Origin: Oculina patagonica
Lineage: Eukaryota
Direction of reading: 5' to 3'
Length of the DNA: 64,000 bases
Assembly (NCBI RefSeq): GCF_052425735.1
Contig: NC_135767.1
Location: 14,632,001 to 14,696,000 of the forward strand
Part shown: piece by piece, positions 12,293-24,307 of the stretch
How positions within the stretch are numbered: the stretch's first letter is position 1
Layout of the letters: the number at the start of each line of letters is the position of its first letter
Made by a program: the position numbers and the translations under genes
Notes under the pieces: model-generated
The model's input: only the letters and a program-made list of their open reading frames with translations
Database searches by the model: none
Told to the model about the DNA's origin: nothing

Positions 12293-12347
12293 TTAAAGTA
12301 ACCATTTTGGTGTTTTGAAATACTTTGTGCTTGATCATAATCCACAT

Positions 12348-12590
12348 AGGGGTCATGAATGGTCCCTCAAAATGTCGCAGTGCTCGCAATGCTCGCAAAA
12401 TTTTAGTGGCTGCTCGTTTGCTCGTGCTCGCACATTTTTACAAGTGCTCGCATGCTCGTTTTTCAGTGGTGTAACTTTTTGAAAAGTGCTCGCTGCTCGC
12501 AAGGTTAACTTTTGTCAGTGCTCGTGCTCGCAAAGAAAAACGCTTTGCTCGCATGCTCGCAAATGCTCGCAAAGACCATTTGATACCCCT
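12348..12590. mobile_element. Small TIR element with TGCTCGC subterminal repeats
   Basis: AGGGGTCATGAATGGTC / GACCATTTGATACCCCT imperfect TIRs; about 10 TGCTCG(C) motifs. Confidence 0.55.
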
Positions 12591-12959
12591 CCAAATGAAT
12601 TAGATTTCTCTCTCTCTCTTCGTTGTAGCTGGATGTCAAATCTTCATGGGGCGACAATAATGTTTTTTGGCTATAATATTTTTAGGACACTTATTTGCAA
12701 TCAGTTTCTTTAAATCAGCAACTTGCAACAGAAAGTAATTAAATGATTTGGCATAAGTAAAGTTCTTGACACACAAAAAATAGAGGAGACTGTAGTTAAA
12801 GCAACCTCTAAAAAATCTGAAAAAAAAAACAAAACAAAAATAAAACGCTTTTCCGATCTCTAGAGACATCCGTTTTTGGTCATCATCATCTCCAGAGTGA
12901 AACTGAAAAAAATATCTGATTCTGGATTCTCGGTTTGTCGCTTTCAATCTCTTCCAATG

Positions 12960-13461
12960 GGTTTCTTCAATGCGTCATCACTGTTAGATTGGATAGAAGA
13001 AAAGAAACACATTAAAAGAGTCAAACTCACCATAAGAAAATGTCAATCAAAAATATTTATTAGGTGACTTATATTTTAAGCTTTAAGAGATACTATACCA
13101 TTATTTATCCGACGAAACAATAACAAAACAAATTTGGCCATCACTGCGGCTGTGGAAAATTTGCGTTAGCATTTAAAACGAGATTTAAAAGAAAAGAGTG
13201 AATTTTCCGGCAAGCCCAAATGATTGTATCGACCGACATCACTTCTTTACATAACAGCAGGAACTTATATGAAGCTAACTGCTGTTTGCATAAGTTCGTA
13301 ATCAGTAAAAACTGAACGGTGCATTTAAATTAGATGCTGGCCCAGGTGGTTAAAAGCAACTTTTATTTTAACAGGATAAAACAACGCTTTCTCGGACTTT
13401 TGAAATAGCCGCTCCTGTTTATCATCAAGATATTTTAATCTCTCTTCAGTGTTGCTGGAAA
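12960..13461 (+). promoter_or_regulatory. Conserved GPCR upstream cassette (representative copy)
   Basis: CGTCATCAC..GATTGG..GTCAATCAAAA module, then GCAAGCCCAA..ATCGACCGACATCAC, GCATTTAAATTAG, CCAGGTGG (13343) and an AT-rich box; homologous blocks precede the other plus-strand paralogs. Confidence 0.7.
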
Positions 13462-14307
13462 ATGGAAACCTGGTTTTGGATTCTTGGCTGGTTTCTTTCC
13501 ATCTTGACGATGGCCGGAAATGGATTTGTTATCTTTATCGTAATCAGGAAACGCCAGCTTCGCACCAAAACCAACGCGTTCGTCGTTTCATTAGCAGTAG
13601 CTGATTTTTGTGTGGGGGTGAGTGTTGTTCCTTCACTGTTTTTCTGCGAGATATTGGGTGGATGCAACTCACAAAGTATGTCTTACAAAGTGATAGCCTT
13701 CACATGGGACCTGTTCTTGTACGCATCAGCTGTGAACTTGTGCAGTTTAGTACTGGATCGCTACATGGCGGTTGTGAAACCTTTAAAATACTTGACTTTT
13801 ACGAAGCGCCGCCGTGTCATTCAAATGATTTCCTTATCTTGGACAATTTCATTTACTATCGATGTAATTTTAAGATCACTCTGGTATAGTTCAAAAACAT
13901 CCCTCGTCATAAATATTTACGGATGGTTTTATTTAGTTTTTGAGTTACTCCTGTCCGTTATTGTAATTTTCTGCTTTTCATCCATGTTAATTGTTGTTTA
14001 CAAGCACAGCCGATCTGCCCGCAACCTAGCCAAACAGTTAAATTTCAACCATCGAGTTTTACTTAAAATCCCTGAGACATCTGCGGTTAAAACGATGGCA
14101 CTTGTTGTATGTTTGTTTCTTGTGTGCTACGGAGTTGCTTTGCGTTGTAGCTTTGTTTATGTTTTAAGTGGTCACAAATCTTGTGATGATTTCCATTACA
14201 AGATACCTCTACTAATTTTAAACTCCGCCGTTAACCCGTTAGCTTACGCCATTTTCAAGAGAGACATTAAGAAGGAGTTTAAAAGACTGATCTATTTTGT
14301 GATCTAA
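13462..14307 (+). CDS. Intronless class A GPCR (g4), intact, 281 aa
   Basis: Full 7TM ORF with LAVAD, DRY, CYG, NPLAY. Confidence 0.95.
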   Translation: METWFWILGWFLSILTMAGNGFVIFIVIRKRQLRTKTNAFVVSLAVADFCVGVSVVPSLFFCEILGGCNSQSMSYKVIAFTWDLFLYASAVNLCSLVLDRYMAVVKPLKYLTFTKRRRVIQMISLSWTISFTIDVILRSLWYSSKTSLVINIYGWFYLVFELLLSVIVIFCFSSMLIVVYKHSRSARNLAKQLNFNHRVLLKIPETSAVKTMALVVCLFLVCYGVALRCSFVYVLSGHKSCDDFHYKIPLLILNSAVNPLAYAIFKRDIKKEFKRLIYFVI

Positions 14308-14398
14308 CAAAAGTGTAACTTTCGATCAAAAAATTTGTAAATTGTCGTACTCAAGGTGGTTTTTCTCGGCATTTTAGCGAGGTTGTCTTTAGGACAAT

Positions 14399-14890
14399 AG
14401 CGAGCTTAAGCAATGACGACAGGGACACCGGGAACAACGCCATGTGAAAAATGGATTTATGTTTTTTAGTCGAGAATCTCGCAATTTTTCAGATGTATTC
14501 AGTATATCTATTGGTTTAAGAACTAGCTCTAGCTTAATATGTAAAAAGAGCGTTTAAAGTTAACCTTCGTCGCTCACGTTCTCCAAAATACGGAGAATTT
14601 GGTCATTTCACGTTGTTGTTTTGCAGACAACAACCAAAAGAAATGTACTATAATTTCAAACGCACGTGCAGAATCATTATTATGTCGATAAAACCTTTTT
14701 TGGTAACGTTCTAGTTCACGTTGTCGCCGTAGTTTGCTTAAGCCTGGTTCTCATATGATCGTCCCGATCGCCTCTGTCGCTTCTGCCGCTTCAAAAAGTT
14801 TGCTTGCTCCAATCACCTCAGACTTTGCTAACGACAGAAGCGACAGAGACGATCGGGGCGATCATATGAGAACCAGCCTTTAAGCTCCCT
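14399..14890. mobile_element. MITE carrying a nested Harbinger-like MITE (14741-14879)
   Basis: Outer AGCGAGCTTAAGCAA...TTGCTTA(insert)AGCTCCCT; inner TTA|AGCCTGGTTCTCATATGATCG...CGATCATATGAGAACCAGCCT|TTA. Confidence 0.72.
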
Positions 14891-15092
14891 TATGAAGTTC
14901 AATGTTCCCCAACGCCACCAAAATAGAGAAGAAAAACGACAACAACAGCGATAACTGAATCAAGCAGCGTGTGCAAAATGTCAAAAATGTTTCAATTGAA
15001 TATGCAAGACTAATAAAGCTTTGTTTAGAAAATAAAATGCAAAAACATAAAAAAAAACATATAATGTAATTGAATCGCAGCTTGTTTGAGTG

Positions 15093-15966
15093 AAGCCTGA
15101 ATTTCAGACATCCCTCTGTGCTCGCCTACTCGCCAGACGAGACGTCTGAAAACATCTGGGCCTAATGCCGTCCGGTGACGTCACTACTACACTTTGGTTT
15201 TAATTCATGCGGAAAAGTTTCTGTTGAAGCCATGAAATTGTGAAAGAAAATCGCTTCAATAAAGGATTACAGGGTATAAAATTGTTTTAATAGTAAACTA
15301 TTGAAAACTTGAGACAAATGAATGAGATTTTAATCGACTGCAGGCTATATTCTTTTACGGAACCGACTTTAATAATCTGAACTGATTTGCTTTATCTAGC
15401 GATCAAAATATAATATGTTACCCAGCGGACAAATCGTGAGTACTTAAATGAATCAATTTAGACGGTAACAGAGGCATCAAGAAACGGAATTCAATACAAA
15501 AATATCCTACTTGACCGTGGGCACTGAGTTCAGAAATCACTTGCTCATCGAGGCTGCACTACATAATTAAGCGTCGAGCGGCTTTGTTGACAAAACAAGA
15601 ATACGTAAAATTTGGCAAAACACTGCATGTCGAAGCGACGAATGCCGCCAACTTAAAACCTACCGATTTCCATTACTATTCTTCATCCGTAGGTAATCTA
15701 ATAAAGTAATAAACTCAAGGTAAATGACTAATAAATTCATTTCTGGGAAGGTGAACTCATTCCAAACGTTTTCAAATTACAATCCTCGCGCGGTAAAATT
15801 CAGTCATAATTTCACATAATTATGCAAATAATTTTTAAATCAACCAATCAAAATCACTACCCGGTTTTCGGGTAGTGACGTCACCGGACGGCATTAGGCC
15901 CAGATGTGTTCAGACGTCTCTTCTGGCGAGTAGGCGAGCACAGAGGGATGTCTGAAATTCAGGCTA
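15093..15966. mobile_element. Non-autonomous DNA transposon, about 95-bp TIRs, 9-bp TSD (AcademH- or MuDR-like)
   Basis: GTTTGAGTG|AAGCCTGAATTTCAGACATCCCTCTGTGCTCGCC...GGCGAGCACAGAGGGATGTCTGAAATTCAGGCTA|GTTTGAGTG. Confidence 0.9.
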
Positions 15967-16095
15967 GTTTGAGTGGATAACGCAGCAATTTATGAATGTG
16001 GGAAAGTATCCTTTGCTACAAGCGAAGTCAAAGGAATAAGCGTAACTGCAGCTGTCTGCTGGCCCACCATTAGTGCACAGGTCTACAAAGCCTTA

Positions 16096-16477
16096 GGCCC
16101 CGTCCACACTGACCCGGGTAAATTTGAAAACGCATCTTTTTTTTTCTCCGGTTAGGCCAACCGTCCACACTGAAACGGCGTTTTCGGTCACCGAAAACGG
16201 AGCTTTTCAAAAACGCTCACCAATGAGCGTTTGGACTTGGAGCGTGAAATAGTGTATTTTTATATTTTATTGTAAATAATTTTAGAGGGCCACTGGTTTG
16301 TTAGTATTTTTTATGTTATTTTAGTGCTACCCTCGTTAAATAAAGACTTTACTTTTACTTACTAATGAAGCGTATCGTTTTCAAATTTACCCGGGTTAAT
16401 GTGGACGGAAAACATTTTACGCGGCGTTTTCAAATTTCTCCGTTTTCAAATTTACCCGGGTCAGTGTGGACGGGGCC
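16096..16477. mobile_element. PIF/Harbinger-like MITE containing a possible retrotransposon 3' tail (about 16225-16361)
   Basis: TTA|GGCCCCGTCCACACTGACCCGGGTAAATTTGAAAACG...CGTTTTCAAATTTACCCGGGTCAGTGTGGACGGGGCC|TTA; internal AATAAAGACTTTACTTTTACTTAC. Confidence 0.85.
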
Positions 16478-16957
16478 TTAGTTATCAGTCACCATTCTGG
16501 TAACAGTATCTCCAGTTTCTCTCAAGTCCGTGGTGTATAAGTACTGACATCTGCAGGCCACGCTTAAAAAGCGTCTTTTCTAAACGCCTCGGTCACCAAT
16601 AGTCACCAATAGTAACATGGCTTCAAACGCGGCAATTTTACCCCTGGAGTTTAATATTAAAATCTTGCTCAGCAATCATCGCGGAGAACTTAAAACGATG
16701 CGAAAAATCCCTGTGTGGTTGCTTGTTTGTTTGAGAACTGTAGTAAACGAGTTCTTGTCGTGTGGATTGTTCCAATTTTCTTTTGGCTTTGTGAATGCAA
16801 CTTAAAAGTAATTCTCTACTAATTTTCTCTCTTCCGTTTTCTAACATTGATTATTTCATTTTAAAATTTCGCCGTTTTCGTCCACTTGCTTATGGTTTTT
16901 AAAAAATTTGAAATGAAAGCCTGGTATGATAATGGTCACGTGTGGTTACGTATTCTA

Positions 16958-17157
16958 AGGGCCCAATTATATGGCGAATTTCAGCCCGGGCTGAAATTTT
17001 TATTGTACATGGAGAATTTCAGCCCGGGCTGAACACCTTTAAAATTGAATAATTATCGTGGCCGCCATTTCCTTTTGTTGAAAACCACCAAGGCGCATCC
17101 GCAAGCTCACTTTCAGCCCAGCAAACCGGGCTGAAATTTGCCATGTAATCAGGCCCT
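16958..17157. mobile_element. Harbinger-like MITE
   Basis: AGGGCCCAATTATATGGCGAATTTCAGCCCGG / CCGGGCTGAAATTTGCCATGTAATCAGGCCCT. Confidence 0.7.
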
Positions 17158-17936
17158 TTAAACTACGTCGTGTTTTGAGATAATAAACTTATCGGAAAAT
17201 AATATGAGAGGTAAATACTGTATGTCAAAAGAATTACAAAGAAAGCTTCGATTACCCAACTAGAAAGCAAGATGGTCGATTGGGTCAAGTTAACCCTTGC
17301 CCAGTCAATAAGCTTGAAGAACGAGTTTAAACTAAACAAACGCGCGCAATATGTCATTAAAAATTTGCATTGAAGCGGTCTTTTTTTTCGCATTTTTTGG
17401 TTAAAACAAGGAAACTGTCCCCTTTTGTCGATAAAAAGGATTAACTTCACATTTTACTTTCAATTTCTGTCAGTTTATGGTGTTGATTTTGGCAAACTAG
17501 AACTAAAATAGGAACTTTGGCGACACGTTATCTGACTTGGAGTCCGGCTTCCCGAATTAACGATTCATGATGGCTGCGTTATCAGTTATATATTTAATAG
17601 TTTAGAAACCACTAAAGGGGTCCTACTCGTCGTGCCAAAACGACAAATCTTCATGGGGTGACAATAATGCGTTTTAGTTAAAGATCTTATTTTAGGGCCC
17701 TTCTTTGCAATCAGTTTCATAATAACACAGGCAGACAAGTCGCTGTGTTTGAGGCCTCGCGACGTAAGCGTCACGGTACGCGCTATTTGATCCCATACAT
17801 TCACTGCAATTTGTAACGATTGACTCGCAGCTCGAGTCAACTGATCGTGAGAAATGCTCCATAAAATACTGAATTTCGCATCTTCTGATCCTAAACATTG
17901 ATCTACTGTAAGCCAGATAAATAAATTGTTGTTTCT

Positions 17937-18078
17937 AAGCACGATCGATCTGCCCGCACATGAGACAGTTACGTTTTAACCATCGAGTTTTCTTTAAAAC
18001 TCAGGAGAAGTCTACAGTAAAATTGATGATAGTTGTCGTATGCCTGTTTCTTGTTTGTTACGGAATTCCATTGCGTTT
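17937..18078 (+). pseudogene. GPCR fragment g5 (ICL3-TM6 only)
   Basis: AAGCACGATCGATCTGCCCGCACA..CAGTTACGTTTTAACCATCGAGTTTTC..ACTCAGGAGAAGTCT..TGTTACGGAATT matches paralog KHDRSART..QLRFNHRVF..CYGI with a small deletion; not in the ORF track. Confidence 0.85.
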
Positions 18079-19288
18079 TATAAAATAACTCAGATACTAC
18101 GCGCGCTCTGATTGGTCAAAAACCTATGTACTATTGTACCGGTAAAGTCCCGCTTCTGTCCCAACATGGCCGCACTACGCTCGATTACGCATAAGGACGA
18201 AGAATTAACTTAGTTTAATGTATTCTTTTGGTCTATCTAATGGTTAAAACGGAGGATATATGATTATCGTAAATGATCATTATGAAAATTTACTGAGGGT
18301 GGATCACAAAATTGAATTTTCCCGCCCACAACAGTTGAGCAAAGGCACTAGAGAAAACAAGACAAAACGCTGAGACAAACACTGACTGAGTGAGCAGTAA
18401 CAGAATGAACAGGTCCGCTTTCACTGGATTGGAAAAAAATGGATATGGTTACATTCAACATTAACTCGGAAATGTTATTTAAAAGGAAATAAAACTGATC
18501 GAATTTGTCGCGATGAACTAGAATTATTTTGATGGCAAAACCTCACACTGAGTTCTTGTACGCGCTTAAATTATATCTTCAGTTTTACGAGCTTTCAGTG
18601 CTTTATCTCAAGTCCGTTATTCGGCGAAAACAAAAGAATACGGAATAAATAAATTCAGAACAAATTTCTAAAGAAGTGTTTGTGGAACTAACCTTTATTC
18701 TCAATACCTTCGTCAGTCTGTGAAGTTTGTAAACTTGCAAAGTTTTCGTGCAGTCTTTTACCTGCTTTTACTTTCGCGGTGAATGACTCCGGCCACAATT
18801 TGCTAGATTTCCACGTCAAAGAACTTTAAAATCGTTGAATACATTTTATACCGTGACAGTTTGTCTTTTTCCTTTCCTTTATTATGACTTTCATAGCTTT
18901 AAAGGAACTTTTAAACGTTTTTGTCGCGTCGAATTGTGGATTTTGTGTGTGGAGCTGAACCTGTGATTTATTCTTTCGGCCGCTGTGATTGGTTTACCGC
19001 GTCATTCGATGAACTTGTTGAGAATAAGACATTTGATCACGAAAAATAAAATAGATTCTTATTTCTTTGAAGGACGTTTCCTATAGTTATTTCATAAAAG
19101 CAATAAACCACACTTTCTAGGGCTTTACTGGCGTAATAAAGCCACTTGGGATGTTGGGAGAACACTGAAAAGCTTGTAAATCACTCGCCTGACGGCTCGC
19201 GATTTACAAGCTTTTCTCGTGTTCTCCCAACATCCCGCGTGGCTTTATTACGCCAGTAAAGCCCTAGAAAGTGTGGTCTATTGCTTAA
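18079..19288. mobile_element. TIR-less element with about 190-bp terminal hairpin (possibly Crypton-like)
   Basis: Starts TATAAAATAACTCAGATACTACGCGCGCTCTGATTGG exactly where GPCR homology stops; ends in near-perfect hairpin 19098-19286. Confidence 0.7.
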
Positions 19289-19420
19289 GGAAGCCTCGGG
19301 TGGATTATATCATTAAAGGCGTGAAAAAAGCTGTCGGAGGTATCATGTTAGATGATTTGGCGATAAGTCACTTTAACTACTTTTGTCCGCTGGTCCCTTG
19401 TAACACACACTCAGTTACTC

Positions 19421-19777
19421 TTGAGTGCTATTGTAATCTTTTTCTTCGCATCGATGGTACATGTTGTTTGGAAGCACGCCCGATCTGCCCGCATCCTAGC
19501 CAAACAGTTACGTTTTAATCATCACGTTTTACTTAAAACCCAGGACAAGTCTGCGGTTAAAATGATGGCAATCGTTACAGGTTTGTTTCCCCTGTGTTAC
19601 GGAGTTTTTCTGCGTTGTAACTTTGTCCTGGTTTCTAATGGTGAGAAATCATGTACTGATAATCTCCAGTACAAGGTAACTCTTCAGATTTTGAACTCTG
19701 CCGTTAACCCTTTAGCATACGCTATCTTCGAGAGAGACGTTATAAGAGTTTAAAACACTGATCTTTTTTGTGATCTA
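19421..19777 (+). pseudogene. GPCR fragment g6 (TM5 to C-terminus)
   Basis: AIVIFFFASM..KHARSARILAKQLRF..CYGVFLRCNF..NSAVNPLAY; no TM1-4 upstream; frameshift after FERD. Confidence 0.9.
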
Positions 19778-22058
19778 AAAAAAGCTTAAGTAAGTTAAGA
19801 GTCTTTAAAGAAATATATTTAGTTTAGTTTAATATATTAATATGTTTAATATACACTCAATTGTTTTAATTAAGGTAGCTCGCGATCGTCGTCGAGATGT
19901 GTACATCTAAACTTCAGCGAAAACAAATTCGTTAAGGAGGACGTAGGAGAAGTAAACGACAGAATTGAAGGTAAGGTTACCAATAAAAATTGTAGAAATG
20001 AACAAAAAAATGAAAATGAAAATGTAGAAAATAAAAGCCATGCGACGGATAAGGCCACAATGACTGCGATATCGATTTGCGAAAAGGGTTGTTCTTGGCG
20101 AGATTTGAATTGTAACCAAATATCTTGGCAGATGTTGCATTCACTCGCCGAAGATTATACATGAAAGACATTTTTCTTTCATTTGATCCCCAAGACGTTT
20201 TAAACTTCCATTCTTTTAATCGAAGAGTTCGATATTGAAAACGTGCCTCAATCCAGAATTCAAGTTTTGATTGGGTTAATGACGCTTAGATTAACCAAGC
20301 TGATACTAAAATAACTTGTAAAATATCACACAGTCCACTTTTTTGCATGCAAGTAAAATGGACACTTAATTTACCCCTGTCTTCTCTCAACATTCGCCTT
20401 TATCAACCCTCTCAGAATCCCCAAACAGCCGTAATTATTGTTTTGGTATGGCAAGACAATGTGCATAATCCGTGATATTGATATGGTTAAACCATGATCT
20501 TCCTTTCAAAAATACGAAGACAAGTTATTGGAACTGAATGGGAGGCGTGAAAGTCAAACAAGCCAATCAATGGTTGCGTCATTTCTGTGATTGGTTAGAC
20601 GTTAATAGAAAACTCAGTATGTCAAAACGTCAATCGTTCAAAATCTTTTATCCGTTACTGATGCTTTCAGCTTGTTGATAAGGCTTAAAAAACAATAGAA
20701 CTTGACGTCAAGGCGCATCACGATGATGTTTCCTGATGTAGAATTAATAAATATAATTTAAACTTAAAAAAATAATAGAAAGAGGAAACTTTGCAGTTAT
20801 TGCCGATACGAAGGATTATCTCAGCTTTCAACAATGTGCGATTTTTTATATCGTTTAGTTATCGAGAACGCAGACAAGAATTAAATGCGAAAACAACTAG
20901 TTATTTGAATTGAACTGCAGGTGTGAAATACAAAGAGCCCGGTTTGTGTTTGCGTCATGCATCACTCTCAAGAAGCTTAGAAAACCAATATAAAAATGAT
21001 CATATCGTCATCAAGCTATGACATATGACATGTCATGAAGGCTTAAAGACTATTTTATTCATCCATTGCCTGCGATTAGAAGAATTATTGGCTATCTCTT
21101 GATGGTACGATATCGTTAAATAAACCAGGCATCCAAATATAAATAATGCAATGAATTTGGGGTGTAGATATCAATCAAGAGCTGATTGGTAGTTACGTCA
21201 TAACCTCTTGTTTGGCAAGGAGCTCGAAAAACCCATAAAATACGTCTAACTCGGCGTGTCAAAACTCGTCTCAAATTTTTTATGGAATAACCAGAAGGGT
21301 AAAAAAGAAGCAACGTTTCATGGTAACCATATATATGAGATAAAAAAAGATTACATGTCCAAAATTCCTTTGTCGCAGATTTAAGGCTGATTAATTTTTT
21401 TTATTTTTTTTATTTTTTGGTAACTTTGCTTTCATAGCACATAAACAAGAAAAACTTGCTCCTATTGCTGATATGAAGAATGTTTCCACTTACAATGTTT
21501 GTATCCCAAATAGAAACTTCGGCAGGAAGTCATCTGACTTGGCCTGGAGGTCGGCTTGTCTAATTAATGCTGCAAAGTGTTTGAGTCATCGCTGTTTGAT
21601 TGGTTAGAAAAAAGAAACAACTAAAAAAGTCATACTTGTTATGTCAAAACGTCACTCAAAAATCTTTATTGGGTGTTTAATGTTTTAGCTATAGAATATA
21701 TTTTACCATTTTTAGTTGAACTAATAACAAGAAAAGTTTAGCTATCAATGCGGATGTGGAAAATTTGCCTAAGCTTTTAAAACGTGATTCGAAAAATAAG
21801 CGAATTTTCCTGCAAGCCCAAATGATAGCATCGACCGACACGACTTTACCATGATAACTGAGTAGGAGCTTGTGCGTAGTAAGATGCCATTTGAATTAGC
21901 TAAGTTCTAATTAAAAATTTGAGCAATGAGGAGCCAGATGGTTATAAAAAAATAAACATTAATATAAATACGATAAAACGACGCCTCGTAGCTCTTTTTA
22001 AAAAACGCGTTCCTATTCATCATCAAGATAACTTGAACTCTCTACAGTGTAGCTGGTA

Positions 22059-22919
22059 ATGGAAACCTGGTTCTGGATTCTCGGCTGGTTTCTTTCCATC
22101 CTGACGATGACTGGAAATGGATTTGTTATCTTCACTGTTTGCGGAAAACGGAAGCTTCGAACGAAAACCAACGCGTTCATCGTTTCATTAGCAGTGGCTG
22201 ATTTCTGTGTGGGGATGAGCTTGGTACCGCCAATGTTCATCTGCGATAAAGTGAGTAAGTGCGATTCCCAAGGTGTATCTTCCAAGGTGTTAGTCTCGCT
22301 ATCGGAGCTGTTCTCGATCGCATCAGGCATGAGCCTATGTACTTTAGTACTGGACCGCTACATTGCCATTGTGAAACCTTTAAAATACTTGACTTTTATG
22401 AAGCGTCGCCGTGTCATTCAAACTATTTCCTTATCTTGGACAATTTCAGTTTCTTTCACTCTATTTGTAAGGTCACTGATTTATAGTTACGAAACGTCTC
22501 TAGTCATGCAGTATGTTATTGACTGGTTTTATACAGTTCTTGAGTTATTCACTTGTGCTATTGTAATCTTCTGCTTTGCATCCATGTTAATTGTTGTTTA
22601 CAAGCACGATCGATCTGCACGCATATTAGCCAAACAGTTGCGTTTTAATCAACGAGCTTTCTTCAAAACTCAGGATAAGTCGGCGATTAAAATGATGGCT
22701 ATTGTTGTATGCTTGTTTCTGGTGTGTTACGGAATTGCTTTGCGCTGCAACTTTGTACGTATTTTTAGTGGTCACAAATTATGTTATGATATCCAATATA
22801 AACTGCCTATTGTTGTTTTAAACTCCGCTGTAAACCCTTTGGCTTATGCCATCTTTAAGAGAGACATTCAGAAAGAGTTAACAAGACTAATCTATTCTGT
22901 AATCCATAAAAAAGTGTAA
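22059..22919 (+). CDS. Intronless class A GPCR (g7), intact, 286 aa
   Basis: Full 7TM ORF; recent duplicate of g12. Confidence 0.95.
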   Translation: METWFWILGWFLSILTMTGNGFVIFTVCGKRKLRTKTNAFIVSLAVADFCVGMSLVPPMFICDKVSKCDSQGVSSKVLVSLSELFSIASGMSLCTLVLDRYIAIVKPLKYLTFMKRRRVIQTISLSWTISVSFTLFVRSLIYSYETSLVMQYVIDWFYTVLELFTCAIVIFCFASMLIVVYKHDRSARILAKQLRFNQRAFFKTQDKSAIKMMAIVVCLFLVCYGIALRCNFVRIFSGHKLCYDIQYKLPIVVLNSAVNPLAYAIFKRDIQKELTRLIYSVIHKKV

Positions 22920-22920
22920 G

Positions 22921-23449
22921 TGTACTTATACAAACTCCGGATAATTAAACTAATTTACAGGGTGGTAAACGGTGAAGCACCAACTGCATTGTCACACCTA
23001 GCGAAATAAGCCAGGATTTCTTACAGCCTCAGAAGAAACAATAACATCGTGGTCCCTAGATTTAATTCATACTTTGCAAAAAATTCAATTGAACATAGGG
23101 GGGCCATCCTATGGAATGCTGTTTCGTCGTATAATACAGGATCCCAATTTCCGGTTTTCTATCGAAAAGTGAAAAATGACAATTATATTAAGGAGCTTAA
23201 TTTCAATGCTCAGTCGGTTCAGTCGCTCCCTAGGCATTACAATGACTTTAAATGTTACTGATTGTTATGTAATTAATTATTTTTATAGTAGATACGATCC
23301 AATTTAGTATATAAGCATTTAGTTGTAATTTAGAAATCTATTAGTTTATTAGTATTTTGTAATATTTAGTTTAATACACGACCCCACAAGCATTGTGCTT
23401 TAAACCCTATCGTGTGTAAATAAAGGTTTTGATGATGATGATGATGATG
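22921..23449 (+). mobile_element. 5'-truncated non-LTR retrotransposon (CR1/L2-like 3' end)
   Basis: Encodes YSLRRNNNIVVPRFNSYFAKNSIEHRGAILWN (ORF2 C-terminal-like); ends AATAAAGGTTTT(GAT)6; absent at the same site after g12. Confidence 0.8.
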
Positions 23450-24307
23450 GTATTTTTAGCTGCAATGTCTTGTCTGTTTTAGTAAAGGTAGATAAACTTC
23501 AGATCTAACGTTTATCACAAAGATCAGGAGATAAAATTGTTTACTTCCGTACTTTATATAGGGCGATCTTTGCTGATGTCATTGTTTACATTTTGCCTAA
23601 TTAGCGCGCATACGAATTTGCGTAGAGAAGGCATGCATCATGCTATAAAATTATACAAAGTGACTCCAGTTAATTATCAGCGAAATTGCCAGCTCTTTGT
23701 AATATTTAAGAAGATATAAGCGTTCAAAAACTGCAAAATTTAGGGGTGGCAAAAGCGCTAATGAGCCATTCATTCTTTGTCAAATATCAAGTTTTCAAAC
23801 CTGCGTCACAGAAAATGTATTTAATACATCGGGCTTAAATGTATAGCGAAAGTTAATCGTACCAAGTAGTTTCAATATTCAGAATTGATATTTTTATAGC
23901 TAGCTTTTTCTAGCGCTTAAGCTCATGAGACAAATATTGTAAAGAAAGACTAAAAGCTGCCTACGCAAATATTTTTAACAGTGTACATGTAGCTGAACAA
24001 AACCAGAACATTTATATAACACAATTATCTAGACTGTAATTTAAAAATTCGTATTTTTTTCTAGAGCAAGTTTCGCGCGCCAGGGCACACGCTTTAGGCG
24101 ATCCGCGTCTTGCCGCGTCTTTTCCGCCTGCGTCTTACCAGAAATGATTGTTTAAAGAGAAATAAAGAACGACTGTTTATCGGTCTAAGCGTTATCATGA
24201 TGCTATTTGATGTTCAAGACATGATAAAATCCCTTAAACTCCGCAGTGTCTTTAATAATGCGTAATGCAATGAAGCTTCATAAGACAGATCATTGTGCTA
24301 AAAGGTA

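Noticed and set aside
12380-12570. CRISPR-like or iteron-like short repeats (also 57460-58030)
   Set aside because: Irregular 6-7-mers inside TIR-bounded MITEs in a eukaryotic context; no constant spacers or cas genes.
13608-13889. Recurrent alternative-frame ORFs (LVQFSTGSLH..CETFKILDFYEAPPCHSN) and antisense ORFs (QKSATANETTNALVLVRS) in many paralogs
   Set aside because: Shadows of the conserved GPCR codons; starts and stops vary between copies and many starts are non-ATG.
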